This document shows, one piece after another, positions 13,266 through 24,800 of a stretch of 64,000 bases of DNA (position 1 is its first letter; each line of letters begins with the position of its first letter). Made by a program: the position numbers and the translations under genes. The notes under the pieces were generated by a model. That model ran no database searches. It was not told the origin of the DNA and saw only the letters and a program-made list of their open reading frames with translations. Source of the stretch: Eledone cirrhosa (taxonomy: Eukaryota); assembly GCA_964016885.1 (NCBI GenBank), contig OZ024766.1, positions 17,608,001 through 17,672,000 on the forward strand, in the 5' to 3' direction.

Positions 13266-13385
13266 AGGGCAGAGTCTGAGTTCAACTCTTGCCGAGGTTT
13301 GCTTTGTCTTTCAACCTTACGGGAGCCGAAGAAGTAAAGTACCAGCAATACACTGGGATAATTGTTGGCCTTCTGCCCAAAAAGC
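13225..13385 (+). mobile_element. tRNA-derived SINE (second family)
   Basis: TCTGAGTTCAACTC B-box followed by GCCGAGG..TTTGTCTTTCA and AAAGTACCAG; same family as 18040-18200 and 58365-58790. Confidence 0.7.
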
Positions 13386-13633
13386 AGAAACAATATTTCA
13401 TATATTACATTCCTGAAGATATTGTCTAACTCTATATTTCCCTCAACTGTGATCTCAGTTAATATCTGAAGATAATAAAAACTTCTGTCATTCAAGTTGA
13501 AATACAAAATAATTTTCCAAATAAATTTTGCCAATAAACCCACTTTAGAGGAAATAATTCACAGTAATTGTGTTATAGATAAAGTGTTAAATCAGTTCTG
13601 TATGAAAAGTTTTAGTCGTGAAATTATGATAAA

Positions 13634-14156
13634 CTAGCAGTGGTACCCGGCGTTGCACAGGATAAGGCATTGTGAAATATATAACCGCCTTAGCTAAGCT
13701 TAGTATTGCCACAACCACGGCTGGCAAAGAAGTAAGGGTCTGGTGGTACGTAAGTAAGCAACACTGTGGCTTAAAACGTGAGGAAGAAGTTGTGTGCACT
13801 TACCAACTGTTTGGGGAATGCGTGTGAGATTTGTCTTGAGCAAGGGTGGCTGAATAACCGGAGGCAGCAGACATACAGACATATTATAAGGGCGCGATTA
13901 TATTGTTATATGTATGTATCTATCTAAAAAGCGAAAGACTAAGAATTATAGAGAGAAATCGCTAAATCGCCTAATGCGGTCCCTAGGGCATTGAAAATTT
14001 GAAATTTTTTTTTGCTCAGAACACTCCCTGAAACATAAGTATTGCATGTGTAAAGTTTGAAAACAGTCGGTTGGGTTCTTCTCTAGTTTTACGGATTCAA
14101 ACTCACACACACACACACACACACACACAGACATCCTCAGTTTTATATATATATAT
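13634..14156 (-). mobile_element. Non-autonomous Helitron-like element
   Basis: Minus-strand 3' end GCAACGCCGGGTACCACTG-CTAG|T. 5' end (TA)nAAAACTGAGGATG followed by (TG)n. Confidence 0.65.
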
Positions 14157-15059
14157 ACTAGCAGAAAACCACCTGGTGGGCGTTTTCTGCTAGTATATAT
14201 ATATATTACACACACAGAAATGTATATATATTTCTGTGTGTGTGTGTATATATATATATATATAGAGAGAGAGAGATTACAATAATCAAAGTTCAGTTTA
14301 AGTCATTTATTTGCTTACAATTGTTTCCTCCAAACCGAGGTTTGGATTCTTCGGAGCAACTATTTACTGATCTATAACATACTTGACCTCCTTTTCAACC
14401 CAAGAGACACATAAAACATATGCGCATATTGATCAACAGTGGGGTGACATTCATCAAATGATATAGCATGGCAATTTATATATAAAGGTTACAGGATAAA
14501 AATAAAATAAAATAAAAACAAGAGTGAAAATAAAGATAAACATGAAGCGTTGGCAGTCTATGAAGATAAAGCAAGAGGAAAGCTTAGAGTAGTCAGTGTA
14601 TGAAACAATCTCACGTGTAGCGTGCACGCTTGTCTTATTTATACATGATTAGAGTGCGTCAGAATGATATTTGCAGGGTCAGGCAGTTGAAGCAGGCAAT
14701 CGATCTTATTATGTAGGCTGGATTATTAAGTCATTTATTCTCATACATCTGTATGATATACAGTTTCGGATGCAGGGAAACACCAAAATATCAAAAACTT
14801 TCCACATACTATAAACCTTATTGTATCATAGGCAAAGCCGTCCCACTGTCTTCGCTCACACGACCACCCACATAATCCGTGAGACGCAATATATATAGAG
14901 AACACTTGTCTATCGTATAATTCGCGGTGGTTCAGCATATAATCAAGCTATAAACCGTATCCAGTCGGTTCTTATATATATATATTACACACACAGAAAT
15001 GTATATATATTTCTGTGTGTATATATATATTACACACACACAGAAATGTATATATGTTT

Positions 15060-15233
15060 CTGTAGCACTCCTCAATTCCCCCCCGCTATCCCCCTCTCGT
15101 AGTCTGTCTCTTTCTTTCACTCTCACTCTACGCGTGCGCAAAAAACATTCGCACGCGCGCACGTGTTTGTGTTTCCACTGTCGGACAGACAGACAGACAG
15201 AGAAATTGCTGGTTATATATTATGAGGAGATAT

Positions 15234-15309
<76 letters not shown>

Positions 15310-15643
15310 CCTCAGTTTTATATATATATATAGATATATATATAGTAAAAAATTGAACGGGGACAAAACAGAGAGGCAGTACGAACAAAGGTTTATTAGT
15401 TTCACGCTCGTGGGAGGGGGGGGAACGACGTGTCGGGCATAAGCCCTTCTTCAGGTGAAAATTGTGTGGGAAGAGAGTTCCAAGGGTGTGTAGGGGAGTG
15501 GTGGAGAGACATATAGAAAAAAAAAGGGGGTGAGAGGAAACGGTTCAAATGAAATTAAATATAAAAGCATGATAAAAATAAAAATAAAAATAAACACACA
15601 CATACACACACTGACATCCTCAGTTTTATATATATAGATATAA

Positions 15644-15697
<54 letters not shown>

Positions 15698-15720
15698 ACA
15701 GACATGCTCAGTTTTATATG
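15060..15720 (-). mobile_element. Further 5' fragments of the same non-autonomous Helitron family with (CA)n/(TA)n microsatellites
   Basis: CATCCTCAGTTTTATATATA...GAT at ~15307-15335 and ~15615-15639 (minus strand A|TCTATATATA..AAAACTGAGGATG). Confidence 0.55.
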
Positions 15721-16134
15721 CTCCAGTTAACTCAGCTGGGCAAAATGGATTGTGAAGACGTGGAGTGAGTGATGTTGTTACATGGTGCAAGCAACATGTT
15801 AACGAACAGTTGAAAACGTTTAACAAGAGAGAATGGAGGCCATAGAACAGCTTTGAACTTCTGAGCCAAAATTAAAAATGAATTTATCCCCATCTGATGA
15901 AGGATATTTTACTGTGATGTAGAATTGAGAGATCTTTTACAGTTATGGTAATAATGAGGAGATGAATATTGAATATTTAAGCAAATCTTTTTAACACCTT
16001 AGCATTTAAACTGGATGTATCCAGTCAGAATTCTCTCACCTCTTTCTGTTCAAACCGGCTGCAACAGGTTCCTTATACTTGCATTCAGGTATTGTTCTCA
16101 AAATAAATAATAACAAATTCTCACAGAATAGATA

Positions 16135-16526
16135 TTATGTGAGATAATTATGTAAGATAAAGTGTTTACCATGGAAATACAATAGTATATATAGAGTAAT
16201 GTAAATGTTATGTGAGATATTATGTGAGGTAAAGCCTTTGCTGTGACAATACAATAGTATATATAGAGTAATGTAAATGTTGTGTGAGATATTATGTGAG
16301 GTAAAGCCTTTACTGTGACAATACAATAGTATATATAGAGTAATGTAATGTTATGTGAGGTAAAGCCTTTACTGTGACAATACAATAGTATATATAGAGT
16401 AATGTAAATGTTATGTGAGGTATTATGTGAGGTAAAGCCTTTACTGTGAAAATACAATAGTATATATAGAGTAATGTAAATATTATGTGAGGTAAAGCCT
16501 TTACTGTGACAATACAATAGTATATA
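16135..16526. repeat. 75/60-bp satellite, left part
   Basis: Unit TTATGTGAGGTAAAGCCTTTACTGTGACAATACAATAGTATATATAGAGTAATGTAAATG; cut after ...CAATAGTATATA by the Helitron. Confidence 0.95.
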
Positions 16527-17479
16527 CTAGACATGAAAAATGCGCAAGCTCAAAAGTGCCACAGAATGTTATAATAAACCTTCAAAAGTGTGGGACTAGA
16601 GTTGTTGCTAAAAAATATTGTAATCATTATATATCGTACATTCTGTGGCATCCTTTATAAAAATAGCTTAAACCAACGAAGCCTTTATTTTTACGCTATT
16701 TCACTTAGTTAATTCTTAGAGTGTAACATATAAAAATATGATTTACAACTATAAAATAAATTAATTAATATAATAACAGAGCTGCGGAGCTGAAATTTAG
16801 GAAATAATGGAGTATCGGATCCTGAGTTGGAGCCAGTCAATTTTTGGCCGACTCTGCAGCCCTGTATAATACATTTCATATTAAAGTTATTAATAAACCT
16901 ATTTTACACTTCATGCAAATTACCATGAGATATTGATATTAGATATAAGATACAGCGCAATATCTACAGCTGTAAAAGTACGAAAGCGAAGTAATAATAA
17001 GTGGCTTAAGGTAATTCCAATATGAAAGTTTGTAGTGATAAAAATTTGATAATGCAATACGATTGTTAAAATTATAGTTCTATGAAAATGTAACAATAGA
17101 TAACTAAATTATTTTACTAGTATATTTAAGAAATTATCATTATAGATTTGATCGTTCATATAAGCATCATATTAAGTTTCAACACAATTATTTTGTTACT
17201 ATGAGTATATGATAATAATATTACGTAATTATTTATAGCTGTTATTACATTAAACATAGATGTATTTATTTTTATATGTTACACTCTAAGAATTAACTAA
17301 GTGAAATAGCGTAAAAATAAAGGCTTCGTTGGTTTAAGCTATTTTTATAAAGGATGCCACAGAATGTACGATATATAATGATTACAATATTTTTTAGCAA
17401 CAACTCTAGTCCCACACTTTTGAAGGTTTATTATAACATTCTGTGGCACTTTTGAGCTTGCGCATTTTTCATGTCTAGT
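16526..17479. repeat. 213-bp inverted repeat (16526-16738 / 17267-17479), 528-bp spacer
   Basis: ACTAGACATGAAAAATGCGCAAG...CATATAAAAATA and its reverse complement; no mismatch noticed by eye. Confidence 0.95.
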
Positions 17480-18039
17480 TTAATATTTTTTTAAGGCAAC
17501 GCTTGTAATAACTCTAGTTAAACAGGATATATATTAATAATAAATTATCGTTGTAATGTAATTAGATTATGTAATTGTTATTATAAATTATCTTATAAAT
17601 ATTAGTGTAAGATGTATAAAAATATTTTCAGACTTTTAATATAAACAACTACAAAAAACAATCAATATTAAATCAATATATTATACATAATAGAAAACAT
17701 AAAATAAACAATACAAAAACAAAATATTTACATACAATTGCAATTATCAGTGTATATACATTTTCTTTATATTCCCTGAGCAAATTAATAAGATTTGTTT
17801 TTATTGTACATAATTTGATGACTTGTTGGAGTGTATTAAAAGATAGCAACAATTTGTGATTAAATTGTTATCTTAAGCAACTCACTTTTTAATAGTTGTT
17901 GGCTGAGCGAAATTGTAAAAGCCTATGAGCAAATATAAAAAAAAATACACAAACAACATTTCCTTGTGTTATTACAACATTAGATAAAATAATTGAGCAA
18001 TGTCGTTATATTTTGCTCTTATTGCACATTAATAGTGTT

Positions 18040-18200
18040 TCTATTTTTCGGCACAAATCCATTACGGCAGTCCATTACTGGTACTTTATTTTATCGAATT
18101 AGTAAGTGTGAAAGTCGAAGTTAACCTCGGCAGGATTTGAACTTAGAATGCAAAGGACCATAACAATACTGCAAAGCATGGTGTATGACGCTCTACCAAA
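18040..18200 (-). mobile_element. Degenerate tRNA-derived SINE nested in the Helitron
   Basis: ACTGGTACTTTATTTTATCGA...AACCTCGGCAGGATTTGAAC (reverse B-box). Confidence 0.65.
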
Positions 18201-18669
18201 ACTTGTGTTGAGCTGGTCATTAATTTATGGTGGTCGTGCGTGGAGTAGAGCAATCGCTAGTTGACATATTATGAACAAAACATTTTTATTTGCCGAAGAA
18301 CATATTTTCAATACTGTTTGTGAATGTGACGAAGGAAATACATTCTGATATGGAACAGTGTACAAAGTGTGTCTGTGAATAACATAATGTTACCTCATGT
18401 TGTTGTCAAGACATAATGGATTTCGTATATCCAGTTAGAAGATGAAACCTAGCCATCTCGGATTAGTTATATTTCATGCCATGTGTAAACGTGTTTGAGG
18501 ATAGCAAAATATGCGTGTTTCTTGTCTGGAAACTTTCTGCTAAACTGATTGGTTTCGTTTTTGGCACTATACAATACTCATCCAACAGATAGCTGTATTG
18601 GATCCTTGATTGGTTAATATTTAGGTGAGGGTGCTTGATGCAGAGTTAGTGCAAAATGGATCAATGAGT

Positions 18670-19325
18670 GTAATAATAATAATGATAATAATAATGAAAA
18701 TATTGTGTACAATGCTGAGGTGCACTACAACTCATCAAAAGTGCATATATAATACATAGGGTAATATAAAAACGTCAGGAAAAAAGAACAGTGCATGAGT
18801 CATGATATACACATATGTGCATGTGTATGGAAGGGGGACATCAGGTGTAGTTTTGGTGTATTTCGGAATGTATGATGGTTTTAAAGGATGCAGTGTGTCA
18901 TCAGCTAACAACTGATGCAGGAAGTTTGTTCCATCCTTCAGCAACTCTGAGCATGAAGAAATATTTCCTAAAGTCATGGGAGCTGTGTTGTTTTCTGACT
19001 TTGTAGGCATGTCCACGTGTTAGACACATGGAGATCAAAAAGGTGTTCGGGGTTGTTGTTGGTCGGATGGTTAATAACTTTGTGGGTGTTTACCAAGTCC
19101 ATTGCCAGAGGGAAGCAAAATATTCAGGGTATGGTAGGTGTCTGATGGAGGGTATGCGCTTGGTTGCATGTCTCTGAACAGTTTCCAGGAGGTCAATGTT
19201 CTGAGCAAGATAGGGGTTCCAGACTGATGACGCGAACTCCAAGTGTATTCGTACCATAGATGTATACAGCTTTAAATAGATGGCTGGAGAGCAGCTAATG
19301 AAGGTCTTGCTGATTGATGCCAAGT
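18670..19325 (-). mobile_element. CR1-clade LINE 3' fragment nested in the Helitron
   Basis: LYTSMVRIHLEFASSVWNPYL...LETVQRHATK, then TRGHAYKVRKQ...FFMLRVAEGWNKLPASVV, followed by an (ATT)n-type tail. Confidence 0.85.
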
Positions 19326-20119
19326 CAATCTTAATAAATTGACTGATTTATCTGTTCACTACTGCTAATCCACCGCTGTTTGTACAATTTTTTAGATAAT
19401 GTCAATTTGAGCTTGAATCATTGGCGTAATGAAATTTGAAAAGATTATAAGCAAATCTTTTTTAAAATACACAGACAACATTTAACTGCATCGTTGCAAC
19501 ATTAGATCTAATAATGGAGCAAAATTTGTGCAGAATTATTGTTTGTGCAATAAGATTTTTTTTTTTCTCCTATTGTTGATTTAAATTTCATATGTCGATT
19601 ATTATAGTTGAATTAATAAAAAAATTAAATATTACATACAAATAGTTTAACATAATAATTAAAAAAATAATCCAACATAATAATAATAAAATAATTTAAC
19701 ACAAAACAAACAATATAGACAGATATACAAGTAAATATGATACAACCAATATTATAAGCATGTTATATAAATAAATCTTGTAATTTAATATATAATAGTT
19801 AATAATTACTTTTACAAAAGCATATTATATTGGCAAATGGACAAGTAACTATTAACTAGATCATTCATATAAAAGTAAATAAAGGTTACAATCAATATTG
19901 GAAGGTGCATTATAAAGATATGTAAATAAAAAACGTTATAATTTATTTTAATATATTTTTAAAATATAAGACTAAAAAAAAAATTTTTAAAGAAAGCATA
20001 AAATACAAAACAAAATATAGTTGACACCACACAATGTGCAGATATATAATTTTAGTCAGCCATATTAATCCAAAGTATTAGAGGATTTTTGTGTTGCTAA
20101 AAAAGGCACAAAAATAGTG

Positions 20120-20312
20120 TATGTATTTTCACATAAAAGGCTTTACCTTATATAATTATCTCATATAATATTGAATCTACGAGAGTTTTATGTTATTTGT
20201 TTTGAGAAAAATACCTTACTATCAGTATGAGTGGCTAATTATGGCCAGTTTGAATAGAAAGAGGCGAGAGAATTATGGTCGGATATGGTCTCTTTAAATG
20301 CTAAAGCGCTAG
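20120..20312. mobile_element. Unamplified, degenerate copy of the TTAA-MITE that seeds the 75/60-bp satellite
   Basis: AAAAGGCTTTACCTTATATAATTATCTCATATAATATTGAATC, ending TTTAAATGCTAAAG. Confidence 0.55.
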
Positions 20313-20454
20313 AGAGTTTCTGGTACAAAAATTAATACATTGGAATTTAAAATATAATACAACATTGAAAGTAGTTGATATAATGGATAAAAAATAAAAG
20401 ATTTATAAAATTAGATAATAATAGATAAAAATATGCTTAATTTAAGATAAAATA

Positions 20455-21822
20455 TTGATAAAATTATAATACATAAAAATTGATATCATACGGAGAGTAT
20501 AGTTCAGTGACAAAATGGTCACAAGAATATGGTTGAGTGACATGTGTTTTCAATATTATATCTCAAAAGGCCATAGTAGCTGCAAACCAATTTCACAATT
20601 TCCCGAGGGTAAAAAAAACAGCAGACATTCACCATGAAGATAATATATCTCAATGGTGGGACTGGATTCATATTCTAATAAATTCAGAAATGCCCTAAAG
20701 AAATAGAAACAAAGCAATAGTTAGAGATAACAAGACATCTCTCAACCTCTGTTACTTTTTCTTAGGATCAAGCAAATTTTTCAAAAAATGCTTGCTGCTG
20801 TACATTGGCGGTGAAAGTTCAATTCAACTTTTCTAAAAACAACAGGTAGTTGTTAAGCAGTTTCGACGGGAAACCTATATACTGCTTGGAAAAAACGGCA
20901 TCGTTAATAATTGATAAAATTATAATACATAAAAATTGATATCATACGGAGAGTATAGTTCAGTGACAAAATGGTCACACGAATATGGTTGAGTGACATG
21001 TGTTTTCAATATTATATCTCAAAAGGCCATAGTAGCTGCAAACCAATATCACAATTTCCCGAGGGTAAAAAAAACAGCAGACATTCACCATGAAGATAAT
21101 ATATCTCAATGGTGGGACTGGATTCATATTCTAATAAATTCAGAAATGCCCTAAAGAAATAGAAACAAAGCAATAGTTAGAGATAACAAGACATCTCTCA
21201 ACCTCTGTTACTTTTTCTTAGGATCAAGCAAATTTTTCAAAAAATGCTTGCTGCTGTACATTGGCGGTGAAAGTTCAATTCAACTTTTCTAAAAACAACA
21301 GGTAGTTGTTAAGCAGTTTCGACGGGAAACCTATATACTGCTTGGAAAAAACGGCATCGTTAATAATTGATAAAATTATAATACATAAAAATTGATATCA
21401 TACGGAGAGTATAGTTCAGTGACAAAATGGTCACACGAATATGGTTGAGTGACATGTGTTTTCAATATTATATCTCAAAAGGCCATAGTAGCTGCAAACC
21501 AATTTTACAATTTCCCGAGGGTAAAAAAAACAGCAGACATTCACCATGAAGATAATATATCTCAATGGTGGGACTGGATTCATATTCTAATAAATTCAGA
21601 AATGCCCTAAAGAAATAGAAACAAAGCAATAGTTAGAGATAACAAGACATCTCTCAACCTCTGTTACTTTTTCTTAGGATCAAGCAAATTTTTCCAAAAA
21701 TGCTTGCTGCTGTACATTGGCGGTGAAAGTTCAATTCAACTTTTCTAAAAACAACAGGTAGTTGTTAAGCAGTTTCGACGGGAAACCTATATACTGCTTG
21801 GAAAAAACGGCATCGTTGATAA
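20455..21822. repeat. 456-bp tandem triplication covering the last ~30 codons and 3' region of the RepHel-USP gene
   Basis: CGGAGAGTATAG recurs at 20491, 20947 and 21403. Confidence 0.95.
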
Positions 21823-24800
21823 TGTCCCATCTGTCCTGATTGCGGACGATGCTGGTGTAGTGCCCGGAGTCTGCACTAGCCAGTGAATGCAAGACGGAGC
21901 CGATTAGTCGGAATTTTTGGCCGTAAATGCTCTGCTTGTTCGGAGAGAAATTCATCAACTCAGAATCAATTCTGATCATCTGATTGTTTGTATATTCGAA
22001 TCTATTCAAATAAACAACCAAGTAACGCATTCATCATCATCATCATCATTTCTTTTTACGTCCACTTTTCCCTGCTTGCAAGGGTGGGACGGAAACTGAT
22101 GCTGGCATGATTTCTACAGCTGGATGCCCTTCCTAACACCAACCTCATTTACAGTGAGTGCTGGGTGCTTTTTTGCCGTGGCACCTCCACGACCACTTTG
22201 CAGTGGAATGATAGGGACCCCAGTCCCTATCATCTCATTTCTACAGCTGAGTAAACTGGAGCAATGTGAAATAAAGTGTCTTGCTCAAGGAAACAACACA
22301 TCACCCGGTCTGAGAATTGAACTCACAACCTTTCGATTGCAAGGCCAATGCTCTAACCACTAAGCCATGTTGGAAATACATGGTTAACTGTACCAAAGTG
22401 CTCGGTGTCAATGCCACACAGATCGCATCTCTTAATGAGCGAAACATCAGTTTTGAGCAAGCTTTTGAATTGCTGCCGACCATTAACAGGCTGCAACGTC
22501 AGATCAGACTTGACATCAGTTATATGTGTGCAAGTGCCACAGCCGTTGATCGATGCACAATAACATTCATCATTGTGCAATCTGGGGCAATTGTGCTCGT
22601 GTTTTCTAGTGCAGCTGAGCCAAGTATTTTCCTCAAAGGTGAATAGTTGTTTAATTTTTTTAGAGAACAACTGATAAATGTGCTTCCAAAAATCGTGCGC
22701 ACACTGTTGGGTACCATCATTAAACCTGCCACCGAGAATATTTCTCAAATTTGCGACCGATTTAGTTCCAGATGACGATATAATATCGCTAATTTCACGA
22801 ATAGCAACATCATCAGTGGACTGAATGTGTTCAACCAACAACACCAGCTGGCGTATAACTTGCATGGTGCTGTTTACAAAGCAAGCATTTCTCTCATTGA
22901 TCAGCGAAATGTACGGCTTTGCAACCGTTTTCTCAGTTCTGGCCTTTTTTGGATTCGCCAAGTTGACCATTCCACTGTCAATATTAATAGCAAATTTACT
23001 TTTTTTAGTTGCTTTTTTGGCCTGTCCAATACTGTTGGGCCTCACGTTACACAATGGAAGCGGTCCCATATTAATGGTCTCTCTCAAATAATTGTATTCT
23101 CTCCAAGCACTAGAGTCGCACATGATCAAACTCGTTGGATCAAGATCAATCAAGTAAACATTGCACAGTTTGCGGGCTCTAGACAAGGCTACATAGGCCA
23201 TACCGTCTGCAAAAACGCCAGTGCCCAAATCAACAACGACTCCATCGACACTTATTCCCTGTGATTTGTGGATGGAAATTGCATATGCAATGCACAAGGG
23301 ATATTGTTCTCTAGTGATAAAAACACTAGGAGACAATTCGTAATCGGCTTTGACACGTTTGATGGCAACAATTTGGTTTGTACTCTCAAAGAGAACGTCA
23401 ATGGAAGTAATTTTTCCAAACTCATAATTGAGTTGCTTTACAGTTCCCATTGCACCATTGCACAAGCCTTTCTCAAGATCGATGTTGCGTTTAAGCATAA
23501 CTCGAGCATTAACGCCAACTTTAAGAACAGTTTCAAGGCCAGCAGTATCAGAAGTCTTTTTAGTGGTCAGCTTTTTTCTTATTGTTTTCTTTTGACATTT
23601 GGTTTGCCTCATATTCGAATCAATAGCCATAAGCTCAACGGTATTAATGCCAAGTTTATTGAGCATTGCAGCGTTAAACTTTTCTACTGACTCGTTTAGA
23701 GGCATGATACAGACGATACTCAAATTAGAAGTCTGTATCAGCTCACACATTTTGTAAGCAACCTGATCAATGGAAGCTTTGCCGTTGAGATCAATTCTAT
23801 GCTTATTTAGAATTTCAATATCTGAATCAAGTGGTGAACCCAGCCTTATTCGGCCGAGCATGTCAACATAATTATCCAAGTCTTCTTTCTGACGCATGTT
23901 GACTGTCAACTCGTCGTACTTGAAGTACCTCCACAAATGGTGGCTGCTGACGCCTATGCATGATCTTTGTGCATCTTGGTGAGTAACTTTGTTAAACACC
24001 GGCTTTTCTCTAACAGGCGGTAATTGAAGCAAATCTCCAAAAACAACAATGTTCATTCGCCCGAAAGGAGAAATGCCTTGGGCAAAGTCACAAAACAATT
24101 GGCACAATCTCAAGTGAATGAATGCCAACTGCAAATGACTGACCATGCTAATCTCATCGATTATGATCAGTCGGACATATTGAAGCCCCATCCTCAGCAT
24201 TTTCAAAAAGTCCTTTGGTAGATCATCGTACACGGGAGTTTTACCGTGCTGCACTTTGAGCTTTAGCATTCGATGAACAGTCATGCCGTTGAGTTGGAAA
24301 GCAGCCATTCCTGTGGGTGCCGATATCACTACGCTCGGGCCATTGTCATTTGGATACATGTACTGAATTTTATCAGCCAGTACATTTATCAAAAAACTCT
24401 TGCCCGTGCCACCAACACCTGAAACAAATTTCAAGACTTGTGGACAATCATCGCAACTACATCTCGGATAAGGTTTGCTGTTGTCCCAATGTTTGTCTTG
24501 TTTGTCAATACCGGCAACGATATCGTCATAAATTTTTCTTTGCACTTCATTCAGTTTATTTTCTTTATGCCTCAGTGCATCCTCATTGACATCTCTCATG
24601 CATGGCAAATCGACATTAGCATCATCAACTGCCAACGCCTCCATGTGATCACCGCAAGAATGGTCATCATTATCATGAGACTGAGGTTCGTTTTGAATAT
24701 GTTTGGCTTGTTCCAGCGCATTCTCCAAACGTTTGCGCACATTCTGGAACCTGACCATTTCAGATAAATGGTTTGCACACTGTTCAAAAGACTCTTTATA

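Noticed and set aside
14290-14940. Possible Penelope-like fragment (similar motif near 58190-58250)
   Set aside because: Only a short TTACAATTGTTTC motif is shared and no protein motif was recognised.
22290-22370. tRNA genes (also ~35017, ~42420, ~58070)
   Set aside because: A/B boxes are present but continue into SINE bodies, with no complete cloverleaf.
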